Shown: positions 31,811 to 40,810 of the stretch, piece by piece
Numbering within the stretch: position 1 is the stretch's first letter
Layout: each line of letters starts with the position of its first letter
Notes under the pieces: model-generated
What the model was told of the DNA's origin: nothing
Databases searched by the model: none
Seen by the model: only the letters and a program-made list of their open reading frames with translations
DNA from: Kofleriaceae bacterium
Lineage (GTDB): Bacteria; Myxococcota_A; Polyangia; Haliangiales; Haliangiaceae
NCBI GenBank assembly: GCA_046597055.1
Contig: JBKJLC010000191.1
Location: 1 to 63,022 of the forward strand
Length of the DNA stretch: 63,022 bases
Direction of reading: 5' to 3'
Translations under genes and position numbers: made by a program

Positions 31811-32395
31811 CTACCGGTGGCAGTACGCGAGCGCGGCCACCAGCGCATCCTCGGCGCGCGCCGACGACCGCGCCGCCCGCATCAACGGCCGCAGCCACTC
31901 GAGCACGTCTCCGGCGCCGCGCAGGGGCCCGCGCACCAGCCCGGCCAGATCCTTGGCGACTTGCGCCGCGACCTCGCCGATCGCCACCGCGAACGGCGCG
32001 CTCGCGATCGTCGCCAGCCGGGCCAGCTCGTCGATGGTGCGTCCGGCCAGCCGGCCACTCGAGGTCACCCAGTCGCTCAGCGTGTCCCACACGCCATCCT
32101 CGAGCACGGTCGCGTCGTCGGGCGCCGCCGTCAGGTGGGCGACCCGCGGCGCGATCGCGCCGCGCTCGGGCGGCGTGATCAGCACCGTGCGCTCGGCGCG
32201 GCCCTCGATCGCGATCATGCGGACGAAGCGGCGGCGAAAGGTCGCGTCGAGCACCTGATTGCTCGAACCGTCGAGCTCGATCTGGCGATAGCGCCCGTCG
32301 GGCAGGTACAGCGACAGCTCCGACCAGGCCAGGCTGACTCCGGCGCGCGCGCTCGACAGCGCATCGTCCCGGTACAGCGCACTCGCCCGAGCCAT
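31811..32395 (-). CDS. Hypothetical protein
   Basis: GAGGTG SD-like sequence before ATG 32395; coding-like composition; no recognised motif. Confidence 0.6.
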   Translation of the reverse strand: MARASALYRDDALSSARAGVSLAWSELSLYLPDGRYRQIELDGSSNQVLDATFRRRFVRMIAIEGRAERTVLITPPERGAIAPRVAHLTAAPDDATVLEDGVWDTLSDWVTSSGRLAGRTIDELARLATIASAPFAVAIGEVAAQVAKDLAGLVRGPLRGAGDVLEWLRPLMRAARSSARAEDALVAALAYCHR

Positions 32396-32455
32396 CACCT
32401 CACGATACCACCGTCGTTCGCGCCGACGTGTGCGGTCTCGCACGGCCGGCGTCGG

Positions 32456-33169
32456 CTACGTCGGCGGCATCCGGGTGCCCTCGAGCACCAGGACGATCAG
32501 GTTGCGGATCGTGGTGGCGTGATCGCCGAGGTCCTCGCCGTTCGTGACCGCCCACATGACCTGCTCGGCGGCGCCGAGCACCGCGTTGGCGACCAGGTTG
32601 CTCGGCAGGTCGCGCATCGCGCGGTGGCGCCGGGCTTCATCGGCCAGCCAGCGGGCGCCCTCCTCGAGCCGGCGGACCCAGGCCCGCACCGGGCGCCGCG
32701 CGCCGCGATCGGGGCCGCGGCGCTCTTGCAGGTAGAGGCGCACGACGTCGAGGTGCTGCACCATGACCGCGCCGATGTCGCCGGCCAGGCGCTGGTAGAC
32801 GGCGGTGAGGTCGCTCTCGCTGGCCAGGCCGGCCTGGCAGTTGCGAAACGCGACCTCGGTCGCGTCGGCGACCGGGGCGAACAGCGCGCCGACCAGCTCC
32901 TCGAGGTCGCGGAAGTAATAGTAGAAGGCGCCCTTGGCGACCCCGGCCGCCGCAGTGACGTCCTCGACCCGGACGCCGTCGATGCCGCGCTCGACGAACA
33001 GCCGGACCGCCGCCGCGCACAGGTCCTTCACCCGTTCGCGTCGGGCCTCGTCCCGCGGGCCACCCGGGCGCCCCGGCCGTTGCTTGGGGACCGCACGCCG
33101 GGGCACCCGCGGCGTGCCGATCGCCGGCGTCCGTGCCGTCCGCCGGCCGCTGCTCTTGGGTTCTGCCAC
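32456..33169 (-). CDS. TetR/AcrR-family regulator
   Basis: AAVRLFVERGIDGVRVEDVTAAAGVAKGAFYYYF HTH. Confidence 0.9.
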   Translation of the reverse strand: MAEPKSSGRRTARTPAIGTPRVPRRAVPKQRPGRPGGPRDEARRERVKDLCAAAVRLFVERGIDGVRVEDVTAAAGVAKGAFYYYFRDLEELVGALFAPVADATEVAFRNCQAGLASESDLTAVYQRLAGDIGAVMVQHLDVVRLYLQERRGPDRGARRPVRAWVRRLEEGARWLADEARRHRAMRDLPSNLVANAVLGAAEQVMWAVTNGEDLGDHATTIRNLIVLVLEGTRMPPT

Positions 33170-33218
33170 GACCGATCCGTGTGAAGTCGAACTGTTGCAC
33201 GATCGTGCTTGAGTAACA

Positions 33219-33232
33219 TGACCACTTGGTCA
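33219..33232. promoter_or_regulatory. Putative TetR operator palindrome
   Basis: TGACCA-CT-TGGTCA in the AT-richer gap between the divergent TetR and desaturase genes. Confidence 0.65.
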
Positions 33233-33244
33233 GAGTATAAAACC

Positions 33245-33781
33245 ATGATCGGCATCCCGCTTGGACTCGCGTGGGCCAACGTCACCGAGTGGCTCACACA
33301 CAAGTACGTGCTCCACGGCATGGGCGTGAAGAAGGGGTCGGCGTTCGACTATCACTTCCACGAGCACCACCGGGCGGCGCGCAAGCAGGGCCACTACGAC
33401 CCCGGCTATCATCGCTCGCTGCTGGGCTGGCACGCGCAGACGAAGGAGGTCCTCGCGCTGGTCGCGGCCGCCGCCGTCTACATCCCGATCGCGCCGTTCG
33501 CGCCGTTCTTCACCGGGGCGGTTTGGTGGTCAGTCTGGAACTACTACAAGGTCCACAAGAAGGCGCACCTCGATCCCGAGTGGGCCCGCACCCATCTGCC
33601 CTGGCACTACGACCACCACATGGGTCCCGACCAGCACAAGAACTGGTGCGTGACCAAGCCGTGGTTCGACATCGTCATGGGCACCCGGGTGCCGTACGTG
33701 GGCACGCCGCGCGAGGCCGCCGACCGGGCCCGACGCGCCATGAAAGCCGAGACCGCCGAGGTCGCGGACGTCGCGGCCTGA
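33245..33781 (+). CDS. Fatty acid hydroxylase/sterol desaturase-family protein
   Basis: His boxes EWLTHKYVLH, HFHEHH, HKKAH, HYDHH; NWCVT...DIVMGT. Confidence 0.85.
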   Translation: MIGIPLGLAWANVTEWLTHKYVLHGMGVKKGSAFDYHFHEHHRAARKQGHYDPGYHRSLLGWHAQTKEVLALVAAAAVYIPIAPFAPFFTGAVWWSVWNYYKVHKKAHLDPEWARTHLPWHYDHHMGPDQHKNWCVTKPWFDIVMGTRVPYVGTPREAADRARRAMKAETAEVADVAA

Positions 33782-33826
33782 TCGCGCGACCTGATCGCGC
33801 GGCCCGTCGCGACCGGACCGTGCCGG

Positions 33827-34861
33827 TCAGCGCGGCTTGGGCCGGACGGCCGGCTTGCGCGCGGCCGGCTTCACCGGCAGCCCGGCGGCCGCGGCCGCTG
33901 CGGCGAGCGACTCGAGCCGCGTCGACGACGGCGGCGTCACCGGACCGCGCTGCGGCGGCGGCTTGGGCGCCGACGGGCGCGCGTCGCGGGCCTCGCGGGC
34001 GGCCTTGGCCTTGGCCGCCTTCGCGATCTTGGCCGCCTTGGCCGCCTTCACCGGCTCGGGCTCGTCCTCGATCTTGCGGGCAGCATCGAGCCGGCGCAGC
34101 GCGCGCAGGCGCAGCGTCTTGTCGAGCATCGGCTTGTACTCGGGCGGAGGCAGGTCGGGCAGCAGCCCGGCCCGCGCCGCGTCGTCCTCGCGCAGCAGCA
34201 GCGCCTTCAGCTTGTCGGGCGACGACATCGACCGCAGCTTCGCGATCGTCGTCGGGTTGCGCAGCGCGCGGGCGAGCCGGCCCAGGATGGGCAGGTGCAG
34301 CTTGTCGTACTTGAGGCCGAGCAGGAAGAACAGGAAGGTCGGCCGCCCGTCGGGCGCGTCGAACGCGATGCCGTCGTACGAGCGTCCGACAATGATGAAG
34401 GGCCGGTTGATCTTGCCCTTGTCCTTCGCACGCGTGTGCAGGAAGGCCACGCCGCCATCCATCGCGGTCGACGACAGCGACTCGCGCTCGACCACCGCAC
34501 CGACGAACCACGGCTTGTCGGCCAGCCAGCCGTTGCCGTAGGCGCGGGCCGCCAGCTCCTCGATCACCGAGACCGGCGTCTTGGCGCGGAGGTCGGTGAT
34601 GACCGCCGAGTCGGGCAGCAGGTCCTCGAGCGGCAGCTTCATGCCGTCGGGGATGTCCTCGAAGCTCTCGTCGTCGCCCAGCAGCTCGCGCTCGAGCCAG
34701 TGGTCGACGTCGGAGCGCCGGAAGTGCCAGGTCCGATCGCCACCGACCGACGGGAGCTTGCCGGTCGAGACGAGCTTGTAGACGGTCTTCTCGTCGAGGT
34801 GGAGATAGACCGCCAGCTCGGGAAGGGTCAGCAGCGGCTCATCGCTCGCCTTCTTGGCCAT
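33827..34861 (-). CDS. Excisionase-type HTH fused to a PTS EIIA(Ntr)-like domain
   Basis: LTLPELAVYLHLDEKTVYKLVSTGKLP..WHFRRSDVDHW; ERESLSSTAMDGGVAFLH with the phospho-acceptor His; FDAPDGRP; Lys/Ala-rich tail. Confidence 0.85.
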   Translation of the reverse strand: MAKKASDEPLLTLPELAVYLHLDEKTVYKLVSTGKLPSVGGDRTWHFRRSDVDHWLERELLGDDESFEDIPDGMKLPLEDLLPDSAVITDLRAKTPVSVIEELAARAYGNGWLADKPWFVGAVVERESLSSTAMDGGVAFLHTRAKDKGKINRPFIIVGRSYDGIAFDAPDGRPTFLFFLLGLKYDKLHLPILGRLARALRNPTTIAKLRSMSSPDKLKALLLREDDAARAGLLPDLPPPEYKPMLDKTLRLRALRRLDAARKIEDEPEPVKAAKAAKIAKAAKAKAAREARDARPSAPKPPPQRGPVTPPSSTRLESLAAAAAAAGLPVKPAARKPAVRPKPR

Positions 34862-34943
34862 CGCGACGGCAATCTAGCACCTTGCGTGTGAACGCCGCCC
34901 GTGCGCCGACGGTGAATCGCGCCGATTCGTTCTACAATGTTTC

Positions 34944-35861
34944 GTGCCCCCACCGCCGCCGTTGCGCTGGTCGCTTCGCCGCGCCCGACTCCTGGTCGGC
35001 TCCAAGCTGGCGCTCGTGGTCGGCCTGGTAATCTTCGTAGCCCTGGCCTGGCTCATCGAGCAGATGATCGGGCTCGACGGGCCGGTGCACCTGTCGCCGC
35101 CGGTCGCGCTGCTGATCGCCGGCATCCCGGCCAGCCTGTGGCTCGCCTTCTTCTACCTGCAGGACCGCCACGAGCCCGAGCCGATGCACTTCGTCTTCGG
35201 GGTGTTCCTGCTCGGCACCCTGGTCGCCGCGCCGATGGCCGACTTCCTCGTCTACCAGCTGGCCCCGCCGATCCCGCTCGGCCAGCACGGCCTGCGCCCG
35301 TTCGCGCTCGACCGGGTGGTGCACGCGGTCCTGGTGCTCGGGCTGGCCCAGGAGCTCTGCAAGTACGTCGCGGTCCGGTACACGATCTACACCTCGGCGG
35401 AGTTCGACGAGCCGATGGACGGCGTCGTCTACATGATGTCGGTCGGGACCGGCTTCGCCGTGTGGGTCAACTACCAGCGGCTGCACGGGATGGGCGGCAG
35501 CGTGTACCTGTCAACTGGCGCGGCCCAGGTGGTCGTGACCACCCTCGCCCATGCCTCGTTCGCCGGCTGGCTCGGGTACGTGATGGGCCGTGCCAAGTTC
35601 ACCCGGCGCCGGCCCTGGGTGCGCGGCGTCCTGCTGTTCTTCGGGCTGCTCGGGGCGGCCGCGCTCAACGGTCAGTTCGCGCTGGTCGAGGAGTGGGTGA
35701 CGACCCGCGGCATGGGCCAGCAGCGCTGGAACGGCGTGCTGTACGCGGCCGCGCTGGCGGTGGGCGTGTTCGCGCTCTTGATGTTGCTCGCGCAGCGGTT
35801 GCTGGCGGATTCGCCGTTCCGGCCCCCCGGATGGGACCCGCGGAAGGGGGGGCCGCGGTGA
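34944..35861 (+). CDS. PrsW-family membrane protein with degenerate catalytic motifs
   Basis: FYLQDRHEPEP, QELCKY, EFDEPMDGVVY, GTGFAVWVN, LAHASF; multi-TM. Confidence 0.8.
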   Translation: MPPPPPLRWSLRRARLLVGSKLALVVGLVIFVALAWLIEQMIGLDGPVHLSPPVALLIAGIPASLWLAFFYLQDRHEPEPMHFVFGVFLLGTLVAAPMADFLVYQLAPPIPLGQHGLRPFALDRVVHAVLVLGLAQELCKYVAVRYTIYTSAEFDEPMDGVVYMMSVGTGFAVWVNYQRLHGMGGSVYLSTGAAQVVVTTLAHASFAGWLGYVMGRAKFTRRRPWVRGVLLFFGLLGAAALNGQFALVEEWVTTRGMGQQRWNGVLYAAALAVGVFALLMLLAQRLLADSPFRPPGWDPRKGGPR

Positions 35862-37879
35862 CCGACAAGAAGCCGGATGTCCCGAGCGAGGAGGTGCCCG
35901 CGGCGGACAAGCCGCCGGAGCCCGTGGAGCCCGCCGCGGAGCCCGCTGCCATCCCCGCGCCCGCCGCCGCGCCGGTGCCCGCCGCACCGGCTGCGCCCGC
36001 CGAGTCCGTGATCGTCACGCGCGAGGCCGACCCCGGCGGGTCGATGCCGCTCGAGGCCGAGGAGGAAGCGTCGCTGGCGGAGCGGGCGTGGCGGCGGGCG
36101 ACCACGATCGGCCCGGTCGTGGTCGACGTCAGCAAGCAGGTCGCGTTCGCGCTCGGGCCGACCTCGCCCTACCACCGCCACGACTTCATCGTCGTCGCGC
36201 TGGCGATCGCGGTGGTCGCGGGGGCCGCGCTGGCCCACCGCCAGCTCGTCGACCCGACCCGCGAGGAGTTCCAGACCCGCGGGCTCACCTTCACCCGCCC
36301 GGCGACCTGGCTGGCGCCCGAGGAGGTCCTGCCGTCCACGCCGCGGCTGGTGGCCGCGCCGCCGCCCAAGCCCAAGGACCACGCCGCCGAGCTGCCGTAT
36401 CACGTCGTCTACACGTCCTCGCTCGACCCCGACGTGCGCATGGAGGTCCGCATCGAGGCCCGGCCGGCGTGGAGCAACGTCATCACCAGCCTCGAGCTCG
36501 ACCGGCGGACCCGCTGGGGCGAGCTGTACGGCGCTCACCCGGGCCGGGTGCTCACGATCGCCGGCCACGACTGGCTGCGGACCCCGTTCCGCTACGCCTA
36601 TGCCCCGCTCAAGGGCGACGAGCCACGGATCGGACACGCGATCGAGCTGGCCACGGTCGACCGCGAGCGGCTGTATTCGGTCACGCTGTACGGTGGCCCG
36701 CGCCGGGTCGAGCGCATGGCCGAGATCATCGCGCCGACCCTGCGGGTCGCGTCCAAGACCGGGATGCCCCTGGTGCCGCAGTCGAGCCGGCTCCAGCCGC
36801 GCTACCCGGAGGTGGTCGCGCGCGCGTTCACCTCGACGGTGATGGTGGTGGTCGCCGACGTCATCGACGGCCAGCTGCGCGCGGTCGGCGGCGGCTCGGG
36901 CGTGATCGTCGGCGGCGACGGCTCGGTCCTCACCAACTATCACGTGCTCCACCAGAAGGACGGCAAGCTCCACGACGTGGCGATCCTGGCCCGCTTCGTC
37001 GGGGCCGACCAGCCGCCGCAGCTGGTGTGCGCGGCGCGCCCGGCCGCGTCCAAGCTGCAGGCCGAGCTCGACCTCGCGCTGCTCAAGTGCGACATGGACC
37101 TCGACGGGCGGCCCTGGCAGCCGGCGATGGGCGGACCGACCTGGCCGGCGCTGACCGGGACCACCAAGGCCGAGCTCACCCCCGGCCAGCGGCTGTGGGT
37201 GCTCGGCTATCCCGATGTCGGCGGCGGCTCCATCAAGGTCCTGCCCGGCTCGGTGGAGGGGTTCACCGGCGAGGACGGCGCGCTCGGCAAGGACTACATC
37301 AAGACCGACGCCGCGATCACCCGGGGCAACTCGGGCGGCCCGGTCGTCGACGATGAAGGCCACCTGATCGGCCTGGCCACCGCCTACCGGACCCGCACGT
37401 CGATCCAGGGCACGCGGGTCGAGACCGCCAAGCTCGGCCTGGTGCGGCCGCTGACGGCAGCCAGCGCGATGCTCTCGATCGTGCGGGCCGGCTGGGCGCC
37501 GCTCGAGGGGCGCACCTCGGTCGTGATCGAGCCGACCGGGATCGAGGCCGAGGCCGAGGGCGTGCGGCTGTCCACCCGCGTCGTCGACGCCGCCAACGAC
37601 CAGCCGATCGGCGGCGCCCTGCTCATGGTGCTGCGACCGGGGGTCAGCTCGTCGCAGGTCGACGTCAACCGGCTCGACGACATGGTGCTGTCGTGGGGCC
37701 GGGCCGGCGCCAATGGCGATGTGTTCCTCAAGCAGCCAGTCCCCACGCCCGGGACCTACACTGTGATGGTCGTGGTCGAGGGCTACGTGCCGCTGATCGG
37801 CGACGGCGCGCTGCGCCTGGGCGCGGACACCCCGATGTACTTCGACCCCTGGGGCGAAGTGCGGCTGGAGGCCCAATGA
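35858..37879 (+). CDS. Membrane-anchored trypsin-like (S1C) serine protease with an extra N-terminal domain and a C-terminal beta-sandwich, no PDZ seen
   Basis: GTGA overlap; GSGVIV..VLTNYHV (His), DLALLK (Asp), TDAAITRGNSGGP (Ser). Confidence 0.85.
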   Translation: MTDKKPDVPSEEVPAADKPPEPVEPAAEPAAIPAPAAAPVPAAPAAPAESVIVTREADPGGSMPLEAEEEASLAERAWRRATTIGPVVVDVSKQVAFALGPTSPYHRHDFIVVALAIAVVAGAALAHRQLVDPTREEFQTRGLTFTRPATWLAPEEVLPSTPRLVAAPPPKPKDHAAELPYHVVYTSSLDPDVRMEVRIEARPAWSNVITSLELDRRTRWGELYGAHPGRVLTIAGHDWLRTPFRYAYAPLKGDEPRIGHAIELATVDRERLYSVTLYGGPRRVERMAEIIAPTLRVASKTGMPLVPQSSRLQPRYPEVVARAFTSTVMVVVADVIDGQLRAVGGGSGVIVGGDGSVLTNYHVLHQKDGKLHDVAILARFVGADQPPQLVCAARPAASKLQAELDLALLKCDMDLDGRPWQPAMGGPTWPALTGTTKAELTPGQRLWVLGYPDVGGGSIKVLPGSVEGFTGEDGALGKDYIKTDAAITRGNSGGPVVDDEGHLIGLATAYRTRTSIQGTRVETAKLGLVRPLTAASAMLSIVRAGWAPLEGRTSVVIEPTGIEAEAEGVRLSTRVVDAANDQPIGGALLMVLRPGVSSSQVDVNRLDDMVLSWGRAGANGDVFLKQPVPTPGTYTVMVVVEGYVPLIGDGALRLGADTPMYFDPWGEVRLEAQ

Positions 37880-37889
37880 CCGTTGCTCA

Positions 37890-37906
37890 TTCCAGTGCCA
37901 CTGGAA
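37890..37906. promoter_or_regulatory. Perfect palindrome, candidate transcription factor site
   Basis: TTCCAGTG-C-CACTGGAA; the 1-nt centre is too tight for an RNA hairpin loop. Confidence 0.4.
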
Positions 37907-38084
37907 CCAGATGTTTCGATGGGTTAGCGAAGTGTTCCGGGAGCTTGCGAATGTATTCTTATTCATTACGTAAGCTCGATTACATGTACTGACGATTTAT
38001 TGTAGTGACCGTGAAATAGAGCTTGTCCCCGAGATCGGCCGGCCCTATACCTTTCTCAGCCGCACGCTTCGGCGTTCGCTGGCG

Positions 38085-38131
38085 ACCGCAGCAGGCCTCA
38101 CCCCCCCCGATGGCCGCTGCGGTTTTTTTTT
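38085..38131 (+). terminator. Intrinsic terminator with a C8 loop (possible 3' end of an sRNA)
   Basis: ACCGCAGC-A-GGCC / GGCC-GCTGCGGT stem, loop TCACCCCCCCCGAT, then a T9 run. Confidence 0.8.
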
Positions 38132-38227
38132 GGCGTTCGAAACGCCCGCAGCGTTCCCGCGGTCCTGAACCCCGGGAGCGCGCATCCTTGCCCACAGATC
38201 CGTCAACGTGCTACCCAGGCCAGAAGG

Positions 38228-39652
38228 ATGCCGTCGCTCGACCGAGCCCAGATCGATGCTGACGCAGATCGGACCGTGCGACGCCTGGCCCGGCACGGCT
38301 TCAAGGCCTACCTGGTCGGCGGCTGTGTCCGCGACCTCCTCGTCGGTCGGAAGCCAAAAGACTTCGATCTGGCGACCAGCGCGACGCCCAACGAGGTCAA
38401 GGCGCTGTTCCGCAACTGCCGGATCATCGGTCGCCGCTTCCGCCTCGCGCACGTCTTCTTCGGCCCCAAGATCATCGAGACCTCGACCTTTCGCGCGAAC
38501 CCGCGCGAGGACGAGCCCGACGACTCGCCCGACCTGCTGATCCGCCGCGACAACGTCTTCGGCACCGAGACCGAGGACGCCCGCCGCCGCGACTTCACGA
38601 TCAACGGCCTCTTTTACGACGTCGAGAAGGAGGAGGTCATCGACTACGTCGGCGGCCTGGCCGACCTCGACGCCCGCATGGTCCGCACGATCGGCGACCC
38701 CGACGTCCGCTTCCAGGAAGACCCGGTGCGCATCCTTCGCGCGATCAAGTTCGCGGCCCGGCTCGACTTCGACATCGAGCCGGCGACCCTGGCCGCCCTG
38801 CTCCGGCAGCGCGCCGAGATCCGCAAGTGCGCCGCGCCCCGGGTGATCGAGGAGATCTACCGGCTGCTGCGCGGCGGCGCGGCCCGTCGCTCGCTCGAGC
38901 TGATGGCAGAGACCGGCGTGCTCGAGATCCTCTCGTCGCACCTGGCGGCGCTGCTCGACGGCCCGGTCCATGACCAGCCCGATGACGATGCGGTCAACGA
39001 CGACGGCATCGAGCTCGACGACGAGGAGCTGGCCTGGCACCGGGTCTGGGCCGACGACCGCCCGGCCCGCGCCCGCCGGGTGCCGGTGCGGCTGTCCTTC
39101 CTCGACGACCCGGCCGAGCTGCTGCGGCGCCGGGCGCTGGCGTGGTCGACCTTCGACCAGCTCGACCTCCTGGTGAAGAGCGGCGCCGAGGTCAGCAACC
39201 CGCTCACCCTCGCCGCCCTGCTCGGCCCGTTCGTGGCCGACACCATCACCGCCCCGGCCACCCGCCCGGGCGAGGCCAACCAGGCGATCATCGAGATCGG
39301 TCAGCCCCTGGTCGACCAGGTCCGGGTCGCCCGCCGCGACGCCGAGCGCACCCGCTACGTCCTGTTTGGCCTGCGCCGGGTCGCCGCCGCGCGCGCCCGC
39401 AACCTGCCGCTCGACACCAGCAACGGCCGCGACTCGCTGGAGGAGGCGGTCCAGCTCGCCGACCTGCTCGCGGCCGCGCAGGGCGGCGTCGGCGCGGTCG
39501 CCCCGGGCGGCGGTGGCGAGACCGACAGCGACGATCCGCTCGACGAGACCGGCGACGACGACGGCAGCGGCCGCAAGCGCCGCCGGCGGCGGCGGGGCGG
39601 CCGGCGTCGACGTGACGACGTGGTCGCCACGGCCTTCTCGCCCGTCCCGTGA
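38228..39652 (+). CDS. pcnB: Poly(A) polymerase I
   Basis: YLVGGCVRDLL..PKDFD, PAP-specific IIGRRFRLAHV, RRDFTINGL, EDPVRILRAIKF; C-terminal [12 protein letters not shown]. Confidence 0.9.
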   Translation: MPSLDRAQIDADADRTVRRLARHGFKAYLVGGCVRDLLVGRKPKDFDLATSATPNEVKALFRNCRIIGRRFRLAHVFFGPKIIETSTFRANPREDEPDDSPDLLIRRDNVFGTETEDARRRDFTINGLFYDVEKEEVIDYVGGLADLDARMVRTIGDPDVRFQEDPVRILRAIKFAARLDFDIEPATLAALLRQRAEIRKCAAPRVIEEIYRLLRGGAARRSLELMAETGVLEILSSHLAALLDGPVHDQPDDDAVNDDGIELDDEELAWHRVWADDRPARARRVPVRLSFLDDPAELLRRRALAWSTFDQLDLLVKSGAEVSNPLTLAALLGPFVADTITAPATRPGEANQAIIEIGQPLVDQVRVARRDAERTRYVLFGLRRVAAARARNLPLDTSNGRDSLEEAVQLADLLAAAQGGVGAVAPGGGGETDSDDPLDETGDDDGSGRKRRRRRRGGRRRRDDVVATAFSPVP

Positions 39653-40518
39653 CGCGGCCCCGCGGCAAGCCCGCGCCCACGGCCCGTGGCAGCCGCAGCG
39701 GCCACGCCGACGCGGTCGACCTGGGCTCGCGCGAGCACTACAGCGACGCCGCCCTGTACGACCACGAGTACAAGCGCCGGCGCGCCGACGTGCGCTTCTA
39801 TCGCGACCTCGCGGCCCGGGTGCTCGAGGGGTCGGGCGCGATCCTCGAGCTCGGGGTCGGGACCGGCCGGGTCGCCATCCCGCTGGCCCGTGACGGCTAC
39901 CAGGTCGTCGGCCTCGACCAATCGCCGGCGATGCTGGCCGGGCTGGCGGCGCGGCGGCCCCGGCTACCGGCGCCGGTCAGGGAGCGCCTGGACGTCCGCG
40001 CGGGCGACCTGCGCACGTTCTCGGTGGGACGCCGGTTCCCGCTCATCATCGCCGCGTTCAACGTGCTGGAGCACCTGTACACGCGGGTCGAGCTCGACGC
40101 CTGCCTGCGGGCCGTCCGGCGCCACCTGGCGCCCGGCGGCTGCTTCGCGTTCGACGTGCAGGTGCCCGACCTGGGCTGGCTGCTGCGCGACCCGTCGCGG
40201 CGGTGGGCGCGCACGCGCTTCACCCACCCCACCACCGGCCGGAAGTACTGGTACTCGACCAATCACGACTACGACCCGGTCAGTCAGATCGCCTTGATCC
40301 GGATCTATTACACGCCGGTCGACGGCGGCCCCGAGGAGGTCGTGCTGCTCAGCCAGCGGAAGTACTTCCCGGCCGAGCTCGAGGCGCTGGTCTCGTTCGC
40401 CGGGCTGCGGGTCGTCGAGCGCACCGACTTCCAGGGTGGGCCGCTCGGGCAACAGAGCGAGAGCCAGGTGCTGCTGTGCACGCCGTCGACGGCTCGTCGC
40501 CGGCGCCCCACCCGCTGA
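39649..40518 (+). CDS. Class I SAM-dependent methyltransferase
   Basis: ILELGVGTGRV, GLDQSPAML, HLAPGGCFAFD; GTGA overlap with pcnB. Confidence 0.88.
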   Translation: MTRPRGKPAPTARGSRSGHADAVDLGSREHYSDAALYDHEYKRRRADVRFYRDLAARVLEGSGAILELGVGTGRVAIPLARDGYQVVGLDQSPAMLAGLAARRPRLPAPVRERLDVRAGDLRTFSVGRRFPLIIAAFNVLEHLYTRVELDACLRAVRRHLAPGGCFAFDVQVPDLGWLLRDPSRRWARTRFTHPTTGRKYWYSTNHDYDPVSQIALIRIYYTPVDGGPEEVVLLSQRKYFPAELEALVSFAGLRVVERTDFQGGPLGQQSESQVLLCTPSTARRRRPTR

Positions 40519-40721
40519 CCAGGGGCGTTTCGAGCCCTCACGAAAGAATCTTCGACGGGCGCTCGACGACGATTTCTCAATCGTCGTCGGAGAGCTGTAC
40601 GTCCGTTCAGGTCGCGCGATTTCCCGTCGAGAAACCGCGGTTTACCGACGAGGATTTTGCGAGCCGTCGATCTCCGTCGAGAGCGGCCGCGTTCTCCGTC
40701 GAGCCCTCGTCGGAGATCCGG

Positions 40722-40743
40722 TGTCAGACCCCCTCCGTAGGTT
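40722..40743 (+). promoter_or_regulatory. PafBC-type (RecA-NDp-like) promoter motif
   Basis: TGTCAG-ACCCCCTCCG-TAGGTT equals TGTCRG-N10-TAnnnT, 67 nt upstream of ATG 40811. Confidence 0.55.
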
Positions 40744-40810
40744 CCAACGCAATCCCAGTGACCCCTCCACGGGCACGGGAAAACCAACCACCCTATCGGG
40801 AGGGACTGAC

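Noticed and set aside
34937..35857. Apparent 980-aa protease ORF from 34937
   Set aside because: The N-terminal part is an off-frame read of the PrsW-like gene; the protease starts at GTG 35858.
40519..40720. Repeated CCGTCGA words upstream of the histone-like gene
   Set aside because: GTCGA/TCGAC is very common throughout this sequence and the spacing is irregular.
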